A DNA stretch of 64,000 nt from an uncultured bacterium (GTDB taxonomy: Bacteria > Patescibacteriota > Minisyncoccia > UBA6257 > 2-01-FULL-56-20): assembly GCA_963807165.1 (NCBI GenBank), contig CAWDZM010000004.1:2670-66669 (forward strand), in the 5' to 3' direction. The position numbers and the translations under genes are program-made. The notes beneath the pieces were generated by a model, which was not told where the DNA came from, did no database searches, and was given only the letters and a program-made list of their open reading frames with translations. Below, one piece after another: positions 37,878 to 48,310 of the stretch. How positions within the stretch are numbered: position 1 is the first letter of the stretch; the number at the start of each line of letters is the position of its first letter.

Positions 37878-39959
37878 ATGGCAGAGCATGAGAAAAAAAT
37901 GCAGTCCGAGCATGCGGCGGATGATATCCGCGCGGATGAACTGGTGAAGCTCACTCAGCGCGAAGCAAGCATGAATGAGGATCATTTGCGCGACATTCCG
38001 GTAACGAATCGCAACTACTGGCGTTTTCGCGGCGATGAGCGCCGCCCGCTGCCGCGCGGCCTCAAGTGGGGAATCGCGGGATTGTTTGTGCTATTCATCG
38101 GGGGATTCGCGATATCATATTTTGTGGTTCGGCATGAAGTTGCAGTAACGATCGCATCGCGCGTGGGCGTATTGCAGGCTGGCGTGCAAGACCTTCAAGA
38201 TTTCAATCCGCAATCCGCGGCACAGAAATTTTCCACGTTGAACGCGCCAACTTCCGCCTCCGGGATTGTTAGCTCGCTCGTCGCGCTCTTTGCGGGGAGC
38301 AGCGGTGCAGTCCGGTCATTCACCGACCTTTCAAATCAGCTCACGGCGCTTTCGCAGAATATGACGAACGTCGAAAGCGATATGTTTGGATTCGCCACCG
38401 TGAGTACGAGCGCGAATCAAAGTGATACGCTTGCTACCGATCTTGGCAAAACGCGCGATACCCTGGCGACCATCGACGCGGACACAAACGCGCTCTCCGG
38501 TGCGGCGTCATATTTTGGTGCCGCATCACCGATGGGCGGTGAGAGCTATCTTGCGTTGAAGACGCAGGTGGAAGGTGCGGAAAGTTTTTTAAAGGCCTTC
38601 GTGCCATGGCTTTCGGACGCGTCGACGACACATCATATTTTGCTATTGTTCCAAAATCCGTCAGAGATGCGTCCGGGTGGAGGATTTTTGGGAAGCTATG
38701 CCGATGTTTCAATAAAAGGAGGGACGATCACGAATATCGCGGTGCATGACATTGCCGATATTGATAAGACGTTCACGTCCAAGATCGTGCCGCCGGTGCC
38801 GTTGCAGCTTGAGGAGACCGCATGGCGTCCTGCCGACGCAAACTGGTTCCTCGACTTCCCGACGTCCGCGTCGGAAACGATTCAGATGTTCGAGCAATCA
38901 ACGTCCACGACGTTCGATGGCGTGATCGCGGTGACACCGCAGGTGATGAGCGATCTTCTCTCCGTAACGGGGCCGGTGACGGTGCCCGGCGCGACATCAA
39001 AATCCGCATCCACCACATTTACTTCCGCCAATCTCGTTGTGCAGATCCAAAAGATCGTGCAGGCGGGTCAGGCGGCAACTGGCGGTGGCAACGCTACCTA
39101 TCCAAAAGAAATTTTGGCTCAGCTGTACCCCGCGATTTTTCAAGAGCTCGCATCTTCGACGGATGCGGAGAAGCAACAGATCCTTGAGTTGGCGGTTAAC
39201 TGGATTACTAATAAAGATGTGATGATCTACGCCACCAATCCTGCGTTTGAAACATTCGCCAGCACGTATGGCGCGACCGGCGACGTATACCAGCTCCCCG
39301 CCAACTTTAATGGCGACTATCTAGCGATCGCGAACGCGGATATTAATAGTGATAAGTCGGAGCTGTATATGGCACAGGATGTGAACTACGTCGCTTCGAT
39401 CGGGAGTGATGGCACGCTGACCGCGAACCTGATCATCAAGCGCACTCACGACGGCAATCAAAGTCCCTATTGGTGGTATCAAACGACGAACCAAGATTAC
39501 CTGCAAATCTTTGTGCCGAACGGGAGCACGCTCGACAACCAGAGCGGTGGCATCGCAAAGAGCGTTCCCGCGCCGATCAACTATGCGCGCGACGGATACA
39601 CGACCGATCCGAATGTTCTTGCGATCACATCCACCACCCAGCCGAATTTTACCTATCCAAAAATAACGACGCACGAAGAATCTGGAAAAGAAGTGTTTGC
39701 CATGTGGTCACGCACGTATGTGGGTCAGTCATCCACGCTCTCATTCAATTATTCGCATGAATTGTTCACCACGCCCGCTGATGGTGTGCAGTACCAGTTC
39801 GTTTTCGAGCGCCCGAGCGGCGCGACGGGGAATTACAGCATCGAAGTGGACGCGCCGCTCGGCTACGTGTTCGCCGAGAATGGCATCGCGAGCTTTACGT
39901 ACGAATCCACCAGCACGCCGGGGCGATTGATGTTTACGCTGACGTTGCAGAAGATATAA
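37878..39959 (+). CDS. DUF4012-domain membrane-anchored protein
   Basis: LLLFQNPSEMRPGGGFLGSY, DANWFLDFPTSA and DGVIAV motifs. Confidence 0.85.
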   Translation: MAEHEKKMQSEHAADDIRADELVKLTQREASMNEDHLRDIPVTNRNYWRFRGDERRPLPRGLKWGIAGLFVLFIGGFAISYFVVRHEVAVTIASRVGVLQAGVQDLQDFNPQSAAQKFSTLNAPTSASGIVSSLVALFAGSSGAVRSFTDLSNQLTALSQNMTNVESDMFGFATVSTSANQSDTLATDLGKTRDTLATIDADTNALSGAASYFGAASPMGGESYLALKTQVEGAESFLKAFVPWLSDASTTHHILLLFQNPSEMRPGGGFLGSYADVSIKGGTITNIAVHDIADIDKTFTSKIVPPVPLQLEETAWRPADANWFLDFPTSASETIQMFEQSTSTTFDGVIAVTPQVMSDLLSVTGPVTVPGATSKSASTTFTSANLVVQIQKIVQAGQAATGGGNATYPKEILAQLYPAIFQELASSTDAEKQQILELAVNWITNKDVMIYATNPAFETFASTYGATGDVYQLPANFNGDYLAIANADINSDKSELYMAQDVNYVASIGSDGTLTANLIIKRTHDGNQSPYWWYQTTNQDYLQIFVPNGSTLDNQSGGIAKSVPAPINYARDGYTTDPNVLAITSTTQPNFTYPKITTHEESGKEVFAMWSRTYVGQSSTLSFNYSHELFTTPADGVQYQFVFERPSGATGNYSIEVDAPLGYVFAENGIASFTYESTSTPGRLMFTLTLQKI

Positions 39960-40004
39960 AAAAAAGAGATACCAAGATCTTTGGCATCTCTTTGCAAGCA
40001 GGCC

Positions 40005-40256
40005 TCAATGTAATTTCACTTCTATCCCAGAATTTTTGAGTTCTGCGATCAGGTCAAAGTCCGATTCGCAGGAGCATTGGATATAGCAATATCCTCCCGC
40101 GAGAGCACCAGCTTTTACTTCTTTGACTTTTTGCTCGCGATACAGGTCACCATCGAGGATGCGAAATAGTTTTATGAAGTCCGCATCTGAAAGATCAAAC
40201 GAGTAATCGGTTGTTGGCTTCCTCGGTTTTCTTGAAGCTGCGATTATTGCCATCAC
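40005..40256 (-). CDS. Hypothetical protein
   Basis: 83-aa ORF with GAGGTG SD and an AT-rich promoter region. Confidence 0.55.
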   Translation of the reverse strand: MMAIIAASRKPRKPTTDYSFDLSDADFIKLFRILDGDLYREQKVKEVKAGALAGGYCYIQCSCESDFDLIAELKNSGIEVKLH

Positions 40257-40388
40257 CCACCTCTTTTTAGGTTCAGGTTTCTAAACATATTTTTACACAA
40301 TATTAATGATTAAATCAAGTCAATCTCGACCATTAAAAAATCATTAAAAAGTTTTTGACTTCGCGTTTTGAAAGCGTATGCTTTTTAC

Positions 40389-40679
40389 ATGAATAAAAAA
40401 ATAAAAACAACAACAATAGACGATCTTGCGGTGATGATGGAAAAAGAGTCGCGCGTCAACGAAAAGCGATTTGTAAAATTAGAAGAGGGATTTGCTGCGT
40501 TGAACGATAAATTTACTGGATTGAAGGGCGAAATTGTTTCAATAAAAGAAACTATGGTAACAAAACAGGATCTCCATAAGGTTGAAGCGCGGATCCTTAC
40601 CGCCATCGGCAATGTTGCAACCGAAGTGAAAAATCATGATAGGCGCATTTTAGCACTCGAAAAAATTGTTAACCCGTAA
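40389..40679 (+). CDS. Small coiled-coil hypothetical protein (CPR-type)
   Basis: TIDDLAVMM...MVTKQDL...HDRRILALE. Confidence 0.7.
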   Translation: MNKKIKTTTIDDLAVMMEKESRVNEKRFVKLEEGFAALNDKFTGLKGEIVSIKETMVTKQDLHKVEARILTAIGNVATEVKNHDRRILALEKIVNP

Positions 40680-40726
40680 AGGTCTCTTCCTTGTGATTAC
40701 GCGTGATTTTCTGTAAAATCACCGCA

Positions 40727-42535
40727 ATGGAACACATCCGCAACTTCGTCATTATTGCTCATATTGATAGTGGAAAATCCACGCTCGCCGACCGTTTGCT
40801 CGAGATGACGGGCACGGTGCCGATGCGTTCGATGCAGGCGCAGTATCTTGACCGGATGCCGCTCGAGCGCGAGCGAGGGATTACGATCAAGATGGCGCCG
40901 GTGCGCATGGAGTACGAATCCGGCGGCGTAAAGTATGTGATGAACCTGATCGACACGCCGGGCCACTCGGATTTTGCGTACGAGGTTTCGCGCGCGCTGA
41001 ACGCTGTCGAGGGCGGCATCCTGCTCGTGGATGGCACGAAAGGAATTCAAGCGCAGACGCTTTCCAATTTGCGCGGCGCGCAGAAAGCGGGTTTGCGGAT
41101 TATCCCCGCCGTGAATAAGATCGATCTGGCACTTCCACAGATCGAAAAAGTGGTGGAAGCGACGGCGGAGTTGCTCGGCGTGACGCCGGAGGAAGTCTTC
41201 CGCGTTTCGGCAAAGACCGGCGCGGGAGTGAGGGAGCTTCTTGAAGCGGTAATAAAATTAGTGCCGCCGCCGAAGGTCGGCCATGGCACATCAAACGATA
41301 CTATTTCGAAGGCGCTCATCTTTGATTCGGCATACGACGATCACAAAGGTATCATTGCGAACGTTCGGGTGTTCGGCGGCGAGTTCGGCACAGAAGACAT
41401 GCATCTCGTGGCGAGTGCCGACGGGTTTAAAGCAAAGGAGGTCGGCTATTTTTCTCCGGATATGCGATCGACGGCGAAATTAAAAACCGGCGAGATCGGC
41501 TATATTGCGACGGGATTGAAAGAGCCGGAGCTTGTACACATCGGCGATACCATTTTGGCGAATCGCGATTCGACGAGCCTTGGCGGCGCGCGTGCGAGCG
41601 AGCTCGCGTTGCCCGGCTATCGTGAGCCAGCGCCCGTCGTGTTTATTTCTTTTTATCCTGACGCGGATACAAAGTTCGACGACCTTAAGCGTGGGTTTGA
41701 GAAACTGCGCTTGAACGATGCGGCGCTCAGCTTTGAACCGGATTCTAACGAAGCGCTCGGTCGCGGATTAAAAGTTGGCTTCCTTGGTCAGCTTCACTTC
41801 GAGATCATCTCCAGTCGTCTTGAACGAGAATATAATTTAACATTCTTAACAAGCTTTCCCTCCATCGCGTATCGCGTGCAGGACAAAGGAAAAATATTTG
41901 TGATCAAACAACCGCAGGATTTTCCTGATCATCCGGAAAAAGTGTGGGAGCCGCTCGTCAATCTGGAAATTTTAACGCCACAGCAATATTTGAGTGCCGT
42001 GCTTAACATGCAGACCATTTTTGATATGGAGATCAATGAAGTAAAAAATATTGGCGAGAATTTATTGATCCAAGCCGTGATGCCGCTCCGCGAACTGATC
42101 CGTGATTTTGATGATCGCATGAAGTCCGTGTCACAGGGATACGCATCCTTTACGTACGAGCTGGCGGGGGAGCGCGAATCGGAAGTGGAGAAGTTGGAGA
42201 TCGTGGTGGTGGATGAGATCGTGCCTGCGCTCACGCGCATCGTGCCGAAAAAAGATCTGGAGCGCGAAGGGCGCCAGACGGTAGAGCGATTAAAAGAGCT
42301 TTTGCCCAAGATGCAGTTCTCGCAAGCGATCCAGGCAAAATCGCTCGGGCGCATCATCGCGCGCGAGACAATCCCGGCGATGAAGAAAGAGCTCGGCAAT
42401 TTCGGCAAGAACGGCGGCGACCGCACGCGCAAGATGAAGCTGTGGAAGAAGCAGGAGAAGGGCAAGGAACGCCTTCAGGCCGGCGCTCGCGTGGATATTT
42501 CGCCGGAGGTCTTCCGTGAAATTCTTAAAAAATAG
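40727..42535 (+). CDS. lepA: Elongation factor 4
   Basis: IRNFVIIAHIDSGKSTLADR, ERERGITIK, DTPGH and GGDRTRKMKL motifs. Confidence 0.96.
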   Translation: MEHIRNFVIIAHIDSGKSTLADRLLEMTGTVPMRSMQAQYLDRMPLERERGITIKMAPVRMEYESGGVKYVMNLIDTPGHSDFAYEVSRALNAVEGGILLVDGTKGIQAQTLSNLRGAQKAGLRIIPAVNKIDLALPQIEKVVEATAELLGVTPEEVFRVSAKTGAGVRELLEAVIKLVPPPKVGHGTSNDTISKALIFDSAYDDHKGIIANVRVFGGEFGTEDMHLVASADGFKAKEVGYFSPDMRSTAKLKTGEIGYIATGLKEPELVHIGDTILANRDSTSLGGARASELALPGYREPAPVVFISFYPDADTKFDDLKRGFEKLRLNDAALSFEPDSNEALGRGLKVGFLGQLHFEIISSRLEREYNLTFLTSFPSIAYRVQDKGKIFVIKQPQDFPDHPEKVWEPLVNLEILTPQQYLSAVLNMQTIFDMEINEVKNIGENLLIQAVMPLRELIRDFDDRMKSVSQGYASFTYELAGERESEVEKLEIVVVDEIVPALTRIVPKKDLEREGRQTVERLKELLPKMQFSQAIQAKSLGRIIARETIPAMKKELGNFGKNGGDRTRKMKLWKKQEKGKERLQAGARVDISPEVFREILKK

Positions 42536-42648
42536 GTATTGGTGCTACATGGATATTTTTATAATCCAACTGGTCTTGGATAAAGATTCTGCGTAACTAG
42601 TTTTGTTTGAACTTCGTCCCACGCTACCCGCCCGTACTTTACGGTTTT

Positions 42649-42810
42649 TAGTGGAGGATAGGGTTTTAGGGAAAGGAGGCAAGAGCATTATTCTTCTGAG
42701 GGTATCGCGGAGCCGCGAAGGCGGCGAGCGTAAGCGCGCGGTCAGCAGACCGCGACGCGTCCCTCAAAGGAATAATGCTCTTGCCTCCTTTCCCTAACCC
42801 TCCTACACTA
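42649..42810 (+). repeat. Structured dispersed element, copy 4 (28-bp perfect IR arms, imperfect extension)
   Basis: TTAGGGAAAGGAGGCAAGAGCATTATTC / GAATAATGCTCTTGCCTCCTTTCCCTAA. Core AGGGTATCGCGGAGCCGCGAAGGCGGCGAGCGTAAGCGCGCGGTCAGCAGACCGCGACGCGTCCCT. Confidence 0.9.
42781..42809 (+). promoter_or_regulatory. Putative sigma70 promoter within the right arm of element copy 4
   Basis: TTGCCT-17 bp-TACACT, 6 nt before the ATG at 42816. Confidence 0.55.
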
Positions 42811-42815
42811 ATCAT

Positions 42816-43103
42816 ATGAAGATCGCCGCTATCGTCGTCCTTTCCCTCTTTCTCATTATTTTGGGTGTCCAGGTGTTTTCGTTCGTGGGGCAGGAATGGC
42901 ATCTTGGCAGTGAGCTGGCGGATGTGCAGGCAAGTCTTACGAAAGCTCAGGCACAGGAGACAAGCTTGCAGGAGGAGAACCAATATCTTTCTAATCCTGC
43001 CAACTTAGAGAAAGAACTTCGCGCACGGTTCAACTACAAAAAGCCGGGCGAGACGATGGTGATCATCGAATCAACGGGAACATCGACTACTTCAACTGAC
43101 TAA
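42816..43103 (+). CDS. Septum formation initiator (FtsB/DivIC-like)
   Basis: TM plus coiled coil plus LEKELRARFNYKKPGETM. Confidence 0.8.
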   Translation: MKIAAIVVLSLFLIILGVQVFSFVGQEWHLGSELADVQASLTKAQAQETSLQEENQYLSNPANLEKELRARFNYKKPGETMVIIESTGTSTTSTD

Positions 43104-43104
43104 T

Positions 43105-43485
43105 ATGGAAAATATACGCGGAGAAGAACTTGGATCTTTTGAAACCGGCTCCCGGCCGAGTATTAATCAGGAAACAGAATCGTATTTTGACGAAACGCTC
43201 GATCAGGCGATCGAGGGATTGAGAAGTAAGGAGTGCTATCGGATTCCCGACGTGATCAATCGGCTTGATAATAATAAGAAGGCGACGAAGGAGAAGTTGG
43301 CGCAAGCGTTGAATATGGGAGGTTTTGATTGGAGGATTTTCGACACGCTCGTGACCGACGCTGCGAGCGAGAAAACCGTGAGCGGCATGATCGTCTCGTG
43401 GGCGGAAGAAGTCGAGCTGGCTGCGGACAACGATGCTATCCGCGTCGCGGATAAAACACTCGCCGATCAGCTAGAGAATTTTTAG
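43105..43485 (+). CDS. Hypothetical acidic protein
   Basis: 126-aa ORF coupled to the upstream gene. Confidence 0.6.
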   Translation: MENIRGEELGSFETGSRPSINQETESYFDETLDQAIEGLRSKECYRIPDVINRLDNNKKATKEKLAQALNMGGFDWRIFDTLVTDAASEKTVSGMIVSWAEEVELAADNDAIRVADKTLADQLENF

Positions 43486-43556
43486 AGCGGGTAACGGGAA
43501 TCGAACCCGTGTCTCAACCTTGGGAAGGTCGCGTTCTGCCACTGAACCATACCCGC
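43486..43556 (-). tRNA. tRNA-Gly(CCC)
   Basis: Minus strand GCGGGTA...CGACC-TTCCCAA-GGTTG...GGTTCGATTCC...TACCCGC-T. Confidence 0.93.
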
Positions 43557-43636
43557 GCGAGCCAGCTCGCTCGCTGCGAACCTAAAAACGATACACGAGC
43601 CCCGCATGTTTTGCAAAGTGTATTACAATAGAGGTA

Positions 43637-45586
43637 ATGGCATCGACGACCAATCGGACCTTCAAGGGCAAGCTGCGGAATAAGATATTCCTTTTTATGG
43701 CGCTCATCGGCATCGTGCCGCTCGTCGCGGCGGCGGCGCTCACGTACTACGTCGTCACAAGCTCGCACCGCGATGATGTGGCAAAGCTCGAGGCCGCGAT
43801 GCTCACGCAAACACAGGGCGAGATTCAGTCATTTATCAACACGGATATTTTAGAGCACACGAATGTGGAAATCCCATATGGCGGGAATATTTTTGCAACG
43901 TCGTCCGTCCCCGCGCAGCAATATGTGCTTGGCCAGACGCTCAGCGCTTTGCCATTTTTGCAATCCGAAGCGTATGTGAACCTTGCGGGGATCGTGACCG
44001 CCTCCGCCGATCGCAATAATCTTTTTGGGAATGCGACATCTTCATCATCGTCCTTGGATGTGAGTGCGACGCCAGCGTTCCAGGCGGCGAAGGCGGGGAA
44101 TAATTATCTCGGCCCGGTTTCGTATATGCCGAGCGCCGCCGCGGCGGGGCAGAACGTGCCGGTCGTCTCATTCGCATCGCCCGTCAAAGATAACAACGGT
44201 GATACGATCGGTGTCATCACTGGCGTCGCCGCGCTTGATGAATTGCAGACGATCGTTGCTGCGGCATCTATCGGCGATAGCGGTTATCTTTATCTTGTTG
44301 ATCAGAATGGCGCGTTGATCGCGGGCGGCGGCAGCGCCGGAGCGGGTACTAATGCCGCGGGTGGAACTCTTTCCGGCGACATCGGCAGTTCCACCGTGGC
44401 GCAGATCCCGATGGTGCAACGCGTGATCGGCGGCGCGCCCGCGCTCACGGCAGCCACGCAGCTGCGGTACAAAAATGTTTTTGGAAAAAACGTTGTGGCC
44501 GCGGGCGCGCCGATGAACGAGGACGGACAATCGTGGGGGCTCGTCGCCGAGTGGCCGACGTCCGAAGCGGATGCGGTGATCAACGCACTTCTCTTGCGCG
44601 ATGCGATCATGCTGCTCATCGTGTTCGCACTCGTTGTGTTGCTTTCGTTCGCGCTCGCGCTTATCATTGTGCGACCGATCCAGGAGTTGGAAGAAGGTAC
44701 CGCGCGTGTGGCGCAGGGAAAATTCACCGAGGGCGTGAACATCACAACCGGCGATGAGCTGGAGGAACTCGGCGATTCATTCAATGACATGGTGATCGGG
44801 TTGAAAGAGCTTGAGCAGTTGAAGGACGAGTTTGTGTTCATCGCCGCGCACGAACTGCGCACGCCGGTCGCCGCTATGAAAGGATATTTGCAATTGATCC
44901 TGGACGGCACGACGGGCACGATCTCGCCCGAAGCGCGGGTGTTTATGGAAAAGGTGCTCGCGTCGAATCAGCGCCTCATCCAGTTGGTCAATGATCTTCT
45001 TGAAGTGGCGCGCTCGCAGGCGGGGCGGCTCACGATAAAAGTAGCGCCGGTGGACATCGCTCCCGCGATCGCTTCCACCCTCGACGAATTGAAATCGCTC
45101 GCGGACGAGAAGGGCGTGACGATGGCATACGATGCGACGATGGCGGACGATGGCGTTTCGGGCGCACCCGGCACGCCGTTGCCGCAGATCCTCGCCGACA
45201 CTGATCGCATCAAAGAAGTGGTGGTAAATCTTGTTGGAAACGCCATCAAATATATGGGCGGCGCGGGAGCGATCACGATCACGCACGAGCTCGCACCGGC
45301 GGTGCAGTCGCTCACGCGCGACGGGCGCAATCTTCCGGCGATGCTCGTCACGCACATCACCGACACCGGACTTGGCATGTCGCACGAGGCGCAGGAAAAA
45401 CTTTTCCAAAAATTCTACCGCGTGACGACCGACAAGACGAAGGACATCACGGGCACCGGCCTTGGACTTTTTATTGTGAAGGAAATAATAGAGAAGATGG
45501 GCGGCACGATTGGCGTCGTATCGGAGGAAGGGAAGGGGAGCACATTCAGTTTTGCGCTGCAGGTGGCATCGCCCGCGGGAAATTAA
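43637..45586 (+). CDS. Sensor histidine kinase (Cache-HAMP-HisKA-HATPase)
   Basis: Two TMs, GYLYLVDQNG, DELEELGDSFN, AHELRTP, NLVGNAIKY, DTGLG and GTGLGL motifs. Confidence 0.93.
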   Translation: MASTTNRTFKGKLRNKIFLFMALIGIVPLVAAAALTYYVVTSSHRDDVAKLEAAMLTQTQGEIQSFINTDILEHTNVEIPYGGNIFATSSVPAQQYVLGQTLSALPFLQSEAYVNLAGIVTASADRNNLFGNATSSSSSLDVSATPAFQAAKAGNNYLGPVSYMPSAAAAGQNVPVVSFASPVKDNNGDTIGVITGVAALDELQTIVAAASIGDSGYLYLVDQNGALIAGGGSAGAGTNAAGGTLSGDIGSSTVAQIPMVQRVIGGAPALTAATQLRYKNVFGKNVVAAGAPMNEDGQSWGLVAEWPTSEADAVINALLLRDAIMLLIVFALVVLLSFALALIIVRPIQELEEGTARVAQGKFTEGVNITTGDELEELGDSFNDMVIGLKELEQLKDEFVFIAAHELRTPVAAMKGYLQLILDGTTGTISPEARVFMEKVLASNQRLIQLVNDLLEVARSQAGRLTIKVAPVDIAPAIASTLDELKSLADEKGVTMAYDATMADDGVSGAPGTPLPQILADTDRIKEVVVNLVGNAIKYMGGAGAITITHELAPAVQSLTRDGRNLPAMLVTHITDTGLGMSHEAQEKLFQKFYRVTTDKTKDITGTGLGLFIVKEIIEKMGGTIGVVSEEGKGSTFSFALQVASPAGN

Positions 45587-45658
45587 TTTTTGATAAAAAA
45601 AGACCCCGTTCGCTGGTTGGCGATTGGGGTCTTGCTGTGCTGCGGAAAGAGCTGCTAC

Positions 45659-47056
45659 TTAATTGCTAGGCTGTTGTGCTACCTGACTTTGGGTCTGGCT
45701 TTGGTCGCCAGTGGTCGCTGTCGGGTTCGCTGCCTGAGTTTGGCTCTGCGAAGGATTCGCAGTTGCCGTCGGGTTAGCATTCACGACCGGACTGGCCGTC
45801 GTGGTTTGAGTCGGACTTGCGGTCTGGCTTTGATCCCCGCCGGTCGCAGTGGAGCTTCCTCCTGCCGCGCTTGATGATGAACTTCCGCCGGTTGCGGTTG
45901 GATTTGCGGTCTGAGTTTGGTTGGAATTTCCACCGGCTGCACTCGATGAAGAGTTGCCAGAGCCGGTGATATTGCCACCCTGAGCTGATCCACCAGTTGA
46001 GCTTGAGGATGAATTTCCTGAACCAGTGACGTTGCCGCCACTTGCTTGGGAATTTCCGGAACCAACGATACTACCTCCGTTGGAGTTCGATGAAGAATTT
46101 CCACCGTTGGCAGTATTGTGAACGTTTGAATTGCCGGAGCCAATGACGTTGCCGCCAGTGCCTCCTTGGGACGTTGAAAGATTACTGTTGCTGTTCGAAG
46201 AATTCCCCGAACCGGTAACACTTCCACCCGAACCGCCGAGAGCGCTTGCAGAAGAACTCCCGCCACTGCCTCCTTTGCCACCTTGGCCTCCAGCACCACC
46301 TGCGGCACTGTTGGTATTGGTGTTCGTGTTGGAACCGCCTTGAGCAAGATTGCTATTGCTGTTGGTGTTAGTAGCCTTTCCGCCTTGCGATTTGTTGTTG
46401 TTGACGGAACTTACCGCCACATTTCCAGAGCCGTTCATCTGTGCGCCGCCACCAACAACGCTTGTGCTGTTGGTGAGATCGGCACCGGACGAGTTGCCGC
46501 CGGCTGCGCTGATGCTAGTGGTAATCTTTGTAGCGCCGAGATAACTTCCTGCAACGCCGGAGAGATCATCGAGCACGCGGAGGACGACATACGACTTCCT
46601 CTTTGTTTTGGTGAAATTTGCTTCGGCGTTATTGAGGCCTGCCTGTGACTCGGTGAGAGTAGCTTGCGCTGTCATCGCCTTGATGCGGGCGTTAGCATAC
46701 TGACCTGCAAGATCCGCGCGCTCGTCTTTGTCCAGATCCCCGAGGTTCTCGAGGGTATGGGTCTCGTTCAACTTTGCGTTAGCCAAGAGGGTGAGCGCGG
46801 TAGCCAGCGGAGAAATATCCGTTGGCGGAATGTTGACAGTAATGGGCGATACTGCTGGTGTTTGCGGCGCGTCATGCACCACTACCGTTTTCGTCCGATA
46901 GACGATCGTGGGCGGTGGCGTGCATCGCGGGGCACAGCAGTCGATTGTCGGTTGTGGTTGAGTGCACTTATTAGGTGCAGGTTGCTGGCAAAACATCGCC
47001 AGCGGCAACAGCGATCCGATGATCACTGCAGAAATTTTCAATGCGATGTATCTCAT
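45659..47056 (-). CDS. Secreted Gly/Ser/Asn/Thr-rich repetitive protein
   Basis: Signal peptide, Cys cluster, helical segment, repeated GG[NS][VI]xGSGNS and ANPTAT units. AAGGAG SD. Confidence 0.8.
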   Translation of the reverse strand: MRYIALKISAVIIGSLLPLAMFCQQPAPNKCTQPQPTIDCCAPRCTPPPTIVYRTKTVVVHDAPQTPAVSPITVNIPPTDISPLATALTLLANAKLNETHTLENLGDLDKDERADLAGQYANARIKAMTAQATLTESQAGLNNAEANFTKTKRKSYVVLRVLDDLSGVAGSYLGATKITTSISAAGGNSSGADLTNSTSVVGGGAQMNGSGNVAVSSVNNNKSQGGKATNTNSNSNLAQGGSNTNTNTNSAAGGAGGQGGKGGSGGSSSASALGGSGGSVTGSGNSSNSNSNLSTSQGGTGGNVIGSGNSNVHNTANGGNSSSNSNGGSIVGSGNSQASGGNVTGSGNSSSSSTGGSAQGGNITGSGNSSSSAAGGNSNQTQTANPTATGGSSSSSAAGGSSTATGGDQSQTASPTQTTTASPVVNANPTATANPSQSQTQAANPTATTGDQSQTQSQVAQQPSN

Positions 47057-48117
47057 TGCGACTCCTTTTGGGAAAGAGCGTTGCCTAATGCATTGCTCTC
47101 AAGGCTAGCCCGGTAAAGGGCGAGTTTTGATTTGTCGACAGCCTTTTGAGCAGCCGCCAATTTGCGTTCCTGAATTTTGTCGTGCCACGCAATGCCAAGG
47201 TGGACGAGCCGCGGGACTCCTACTGCGATGCCTGCAGCGATAGGGCCGCCGGCGAGGAATGAAATTCCAGCCGGGGCGCCTGCTTTGATGATCGATGCCA
47301 GGATCTGTGTACCTACGTGCGCCCCTGGAGCTTTCCCGTTATATACCTGTATCTGCGTGCTATCGATAGGGATGGTGATCCCTCCGACAAGCAGTTCGAA
47401 CGGCTGTGCGGGAATTTTCTTGAGGTGAACGAATACGACCGTATTGCCATCTCGTGCGGGAATCGCCAGTGATGGCTTAAGGTCGATCCGTTCGATGGGA
47501 AGTCCAAGTCGCTTTTCTTCCTCTGAATTAAAGAGGACGAGCTGCGTTTGGAGTTTGCCTTGCAGGTTGGGATCATTGCTGACCACGAACTGGTGTCCGC
47601 TGATCTTTGCCGGTCGCGTCTTCTCGATCTTTGCGCTGGTTGGCGCAGAGGTCGGTGCGGGCGATTGGGCAACGTCAGGAGATGCCAAGGAAACCTGTAT
47701 CGGCGCGTGAGCGAACAGAAGCGTGAAGGAGTCATCCTCCACTGTGTTCGCAATCGCCACAGGTGCTGCATCAACGATCGGATCGACAGTTGCGCGCGGT
47801 TGCGCGCGAGGCGTCGCTACGATGGCTGTTGCAACTGACTTGGCTGCGGTCTCCGGAATGTTGATCCGGCGGCCGAAGTAGATCTTGTTTTCGTCGACGA
47901 TGTTCGGATTTGCATCCTTGATCGTCGAGTAAAGGTGCCAGTCGCCGTAAACGGCGAGGGCATCCTTCGAGAGTGTATCGCCTGGGTGAATCTCGCAACT
48001 GAAGCTTGTTCCACCGGCGGGGATACACGCGTGCTCCTTTGCAAATGCCGCGTCGAGACCGAAGCAGCAATTCGCGGAAAGAAGCAGAAGAAGGGCAACG
48101 TTCAAAAATTTTTTCAT
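47053..48117 (-). CDS. Secreted LysM-domain protein with C-terminal hydrophobic helices
   Basis: IHPGDTLSKDALAVYGDWHLYSTIKDANPNIVDENKIYFGRRINIP is LysM-like. GAGGA SD. Its stop overlaps the next start. Confidence 0.8.
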   Translation of the reverse strand: MKKFLNVALLLLLSANCCFGLDAAFAKEHACIPAGGTSFSCEIHPGDTLSKDALAVYGDWHLYSTIKDANPNIVDENKIYFGRRINIPETAAKSVATAIVATPRAQPRATVDPIVDAAPVAIANTVEDDSFTLLFAHAPIQVSLASPDVAQSPAPTSAPTSAKIEKTRPAKISGHQFVVSNDPNLQGKLQTQLVLFNSEEEKRLGLPIERIDLKPSLAIPARDGNTVVFVHLKKIPAQPFELLVGGITIPIDSTQIQVYNGKAPGAHVGTQILASIIKAGAPAGISFLAGGPIAAGIAVGVPRLVHLGIAWHDKIQERKLAAAQKAVDKSKLALYRASLESNALGNALSQKESQ

Positions 48118-48186
48118 TGCGTCCTCTTTTTCTTCTTGAGCACCACGATCTCCGACAGTAGAACATATCACTGAGCTTTTTGCCGC

Positions 48187-48310
48187 CGTTGCGTGATCAT
48201 CCGTCAAAACGTGATGATCCGCCTGAGCAGTTTTCCTCGGTGGATGTCATACTGCATTTTCAGAGAGCAATCTATTTCGTTGCGTGATCATCCGTCAAAA
48301 CGTGATGATC
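48187..48310. repeat. Two identical 33-nt hairpin-forming direct repeats
   Basis: CGTTGCGTGATCATCCGTCAAAACGTGATGATC at 48187-48219 and 48278-48310. Confidence 0.9.

Noticed and set aside
48187-48310. Mini-CRISPR array
   Set aside because: Only two repeats, a 58-nt spacer, no cas genes, and the repeats are enclosed by an outer stem within an operon.
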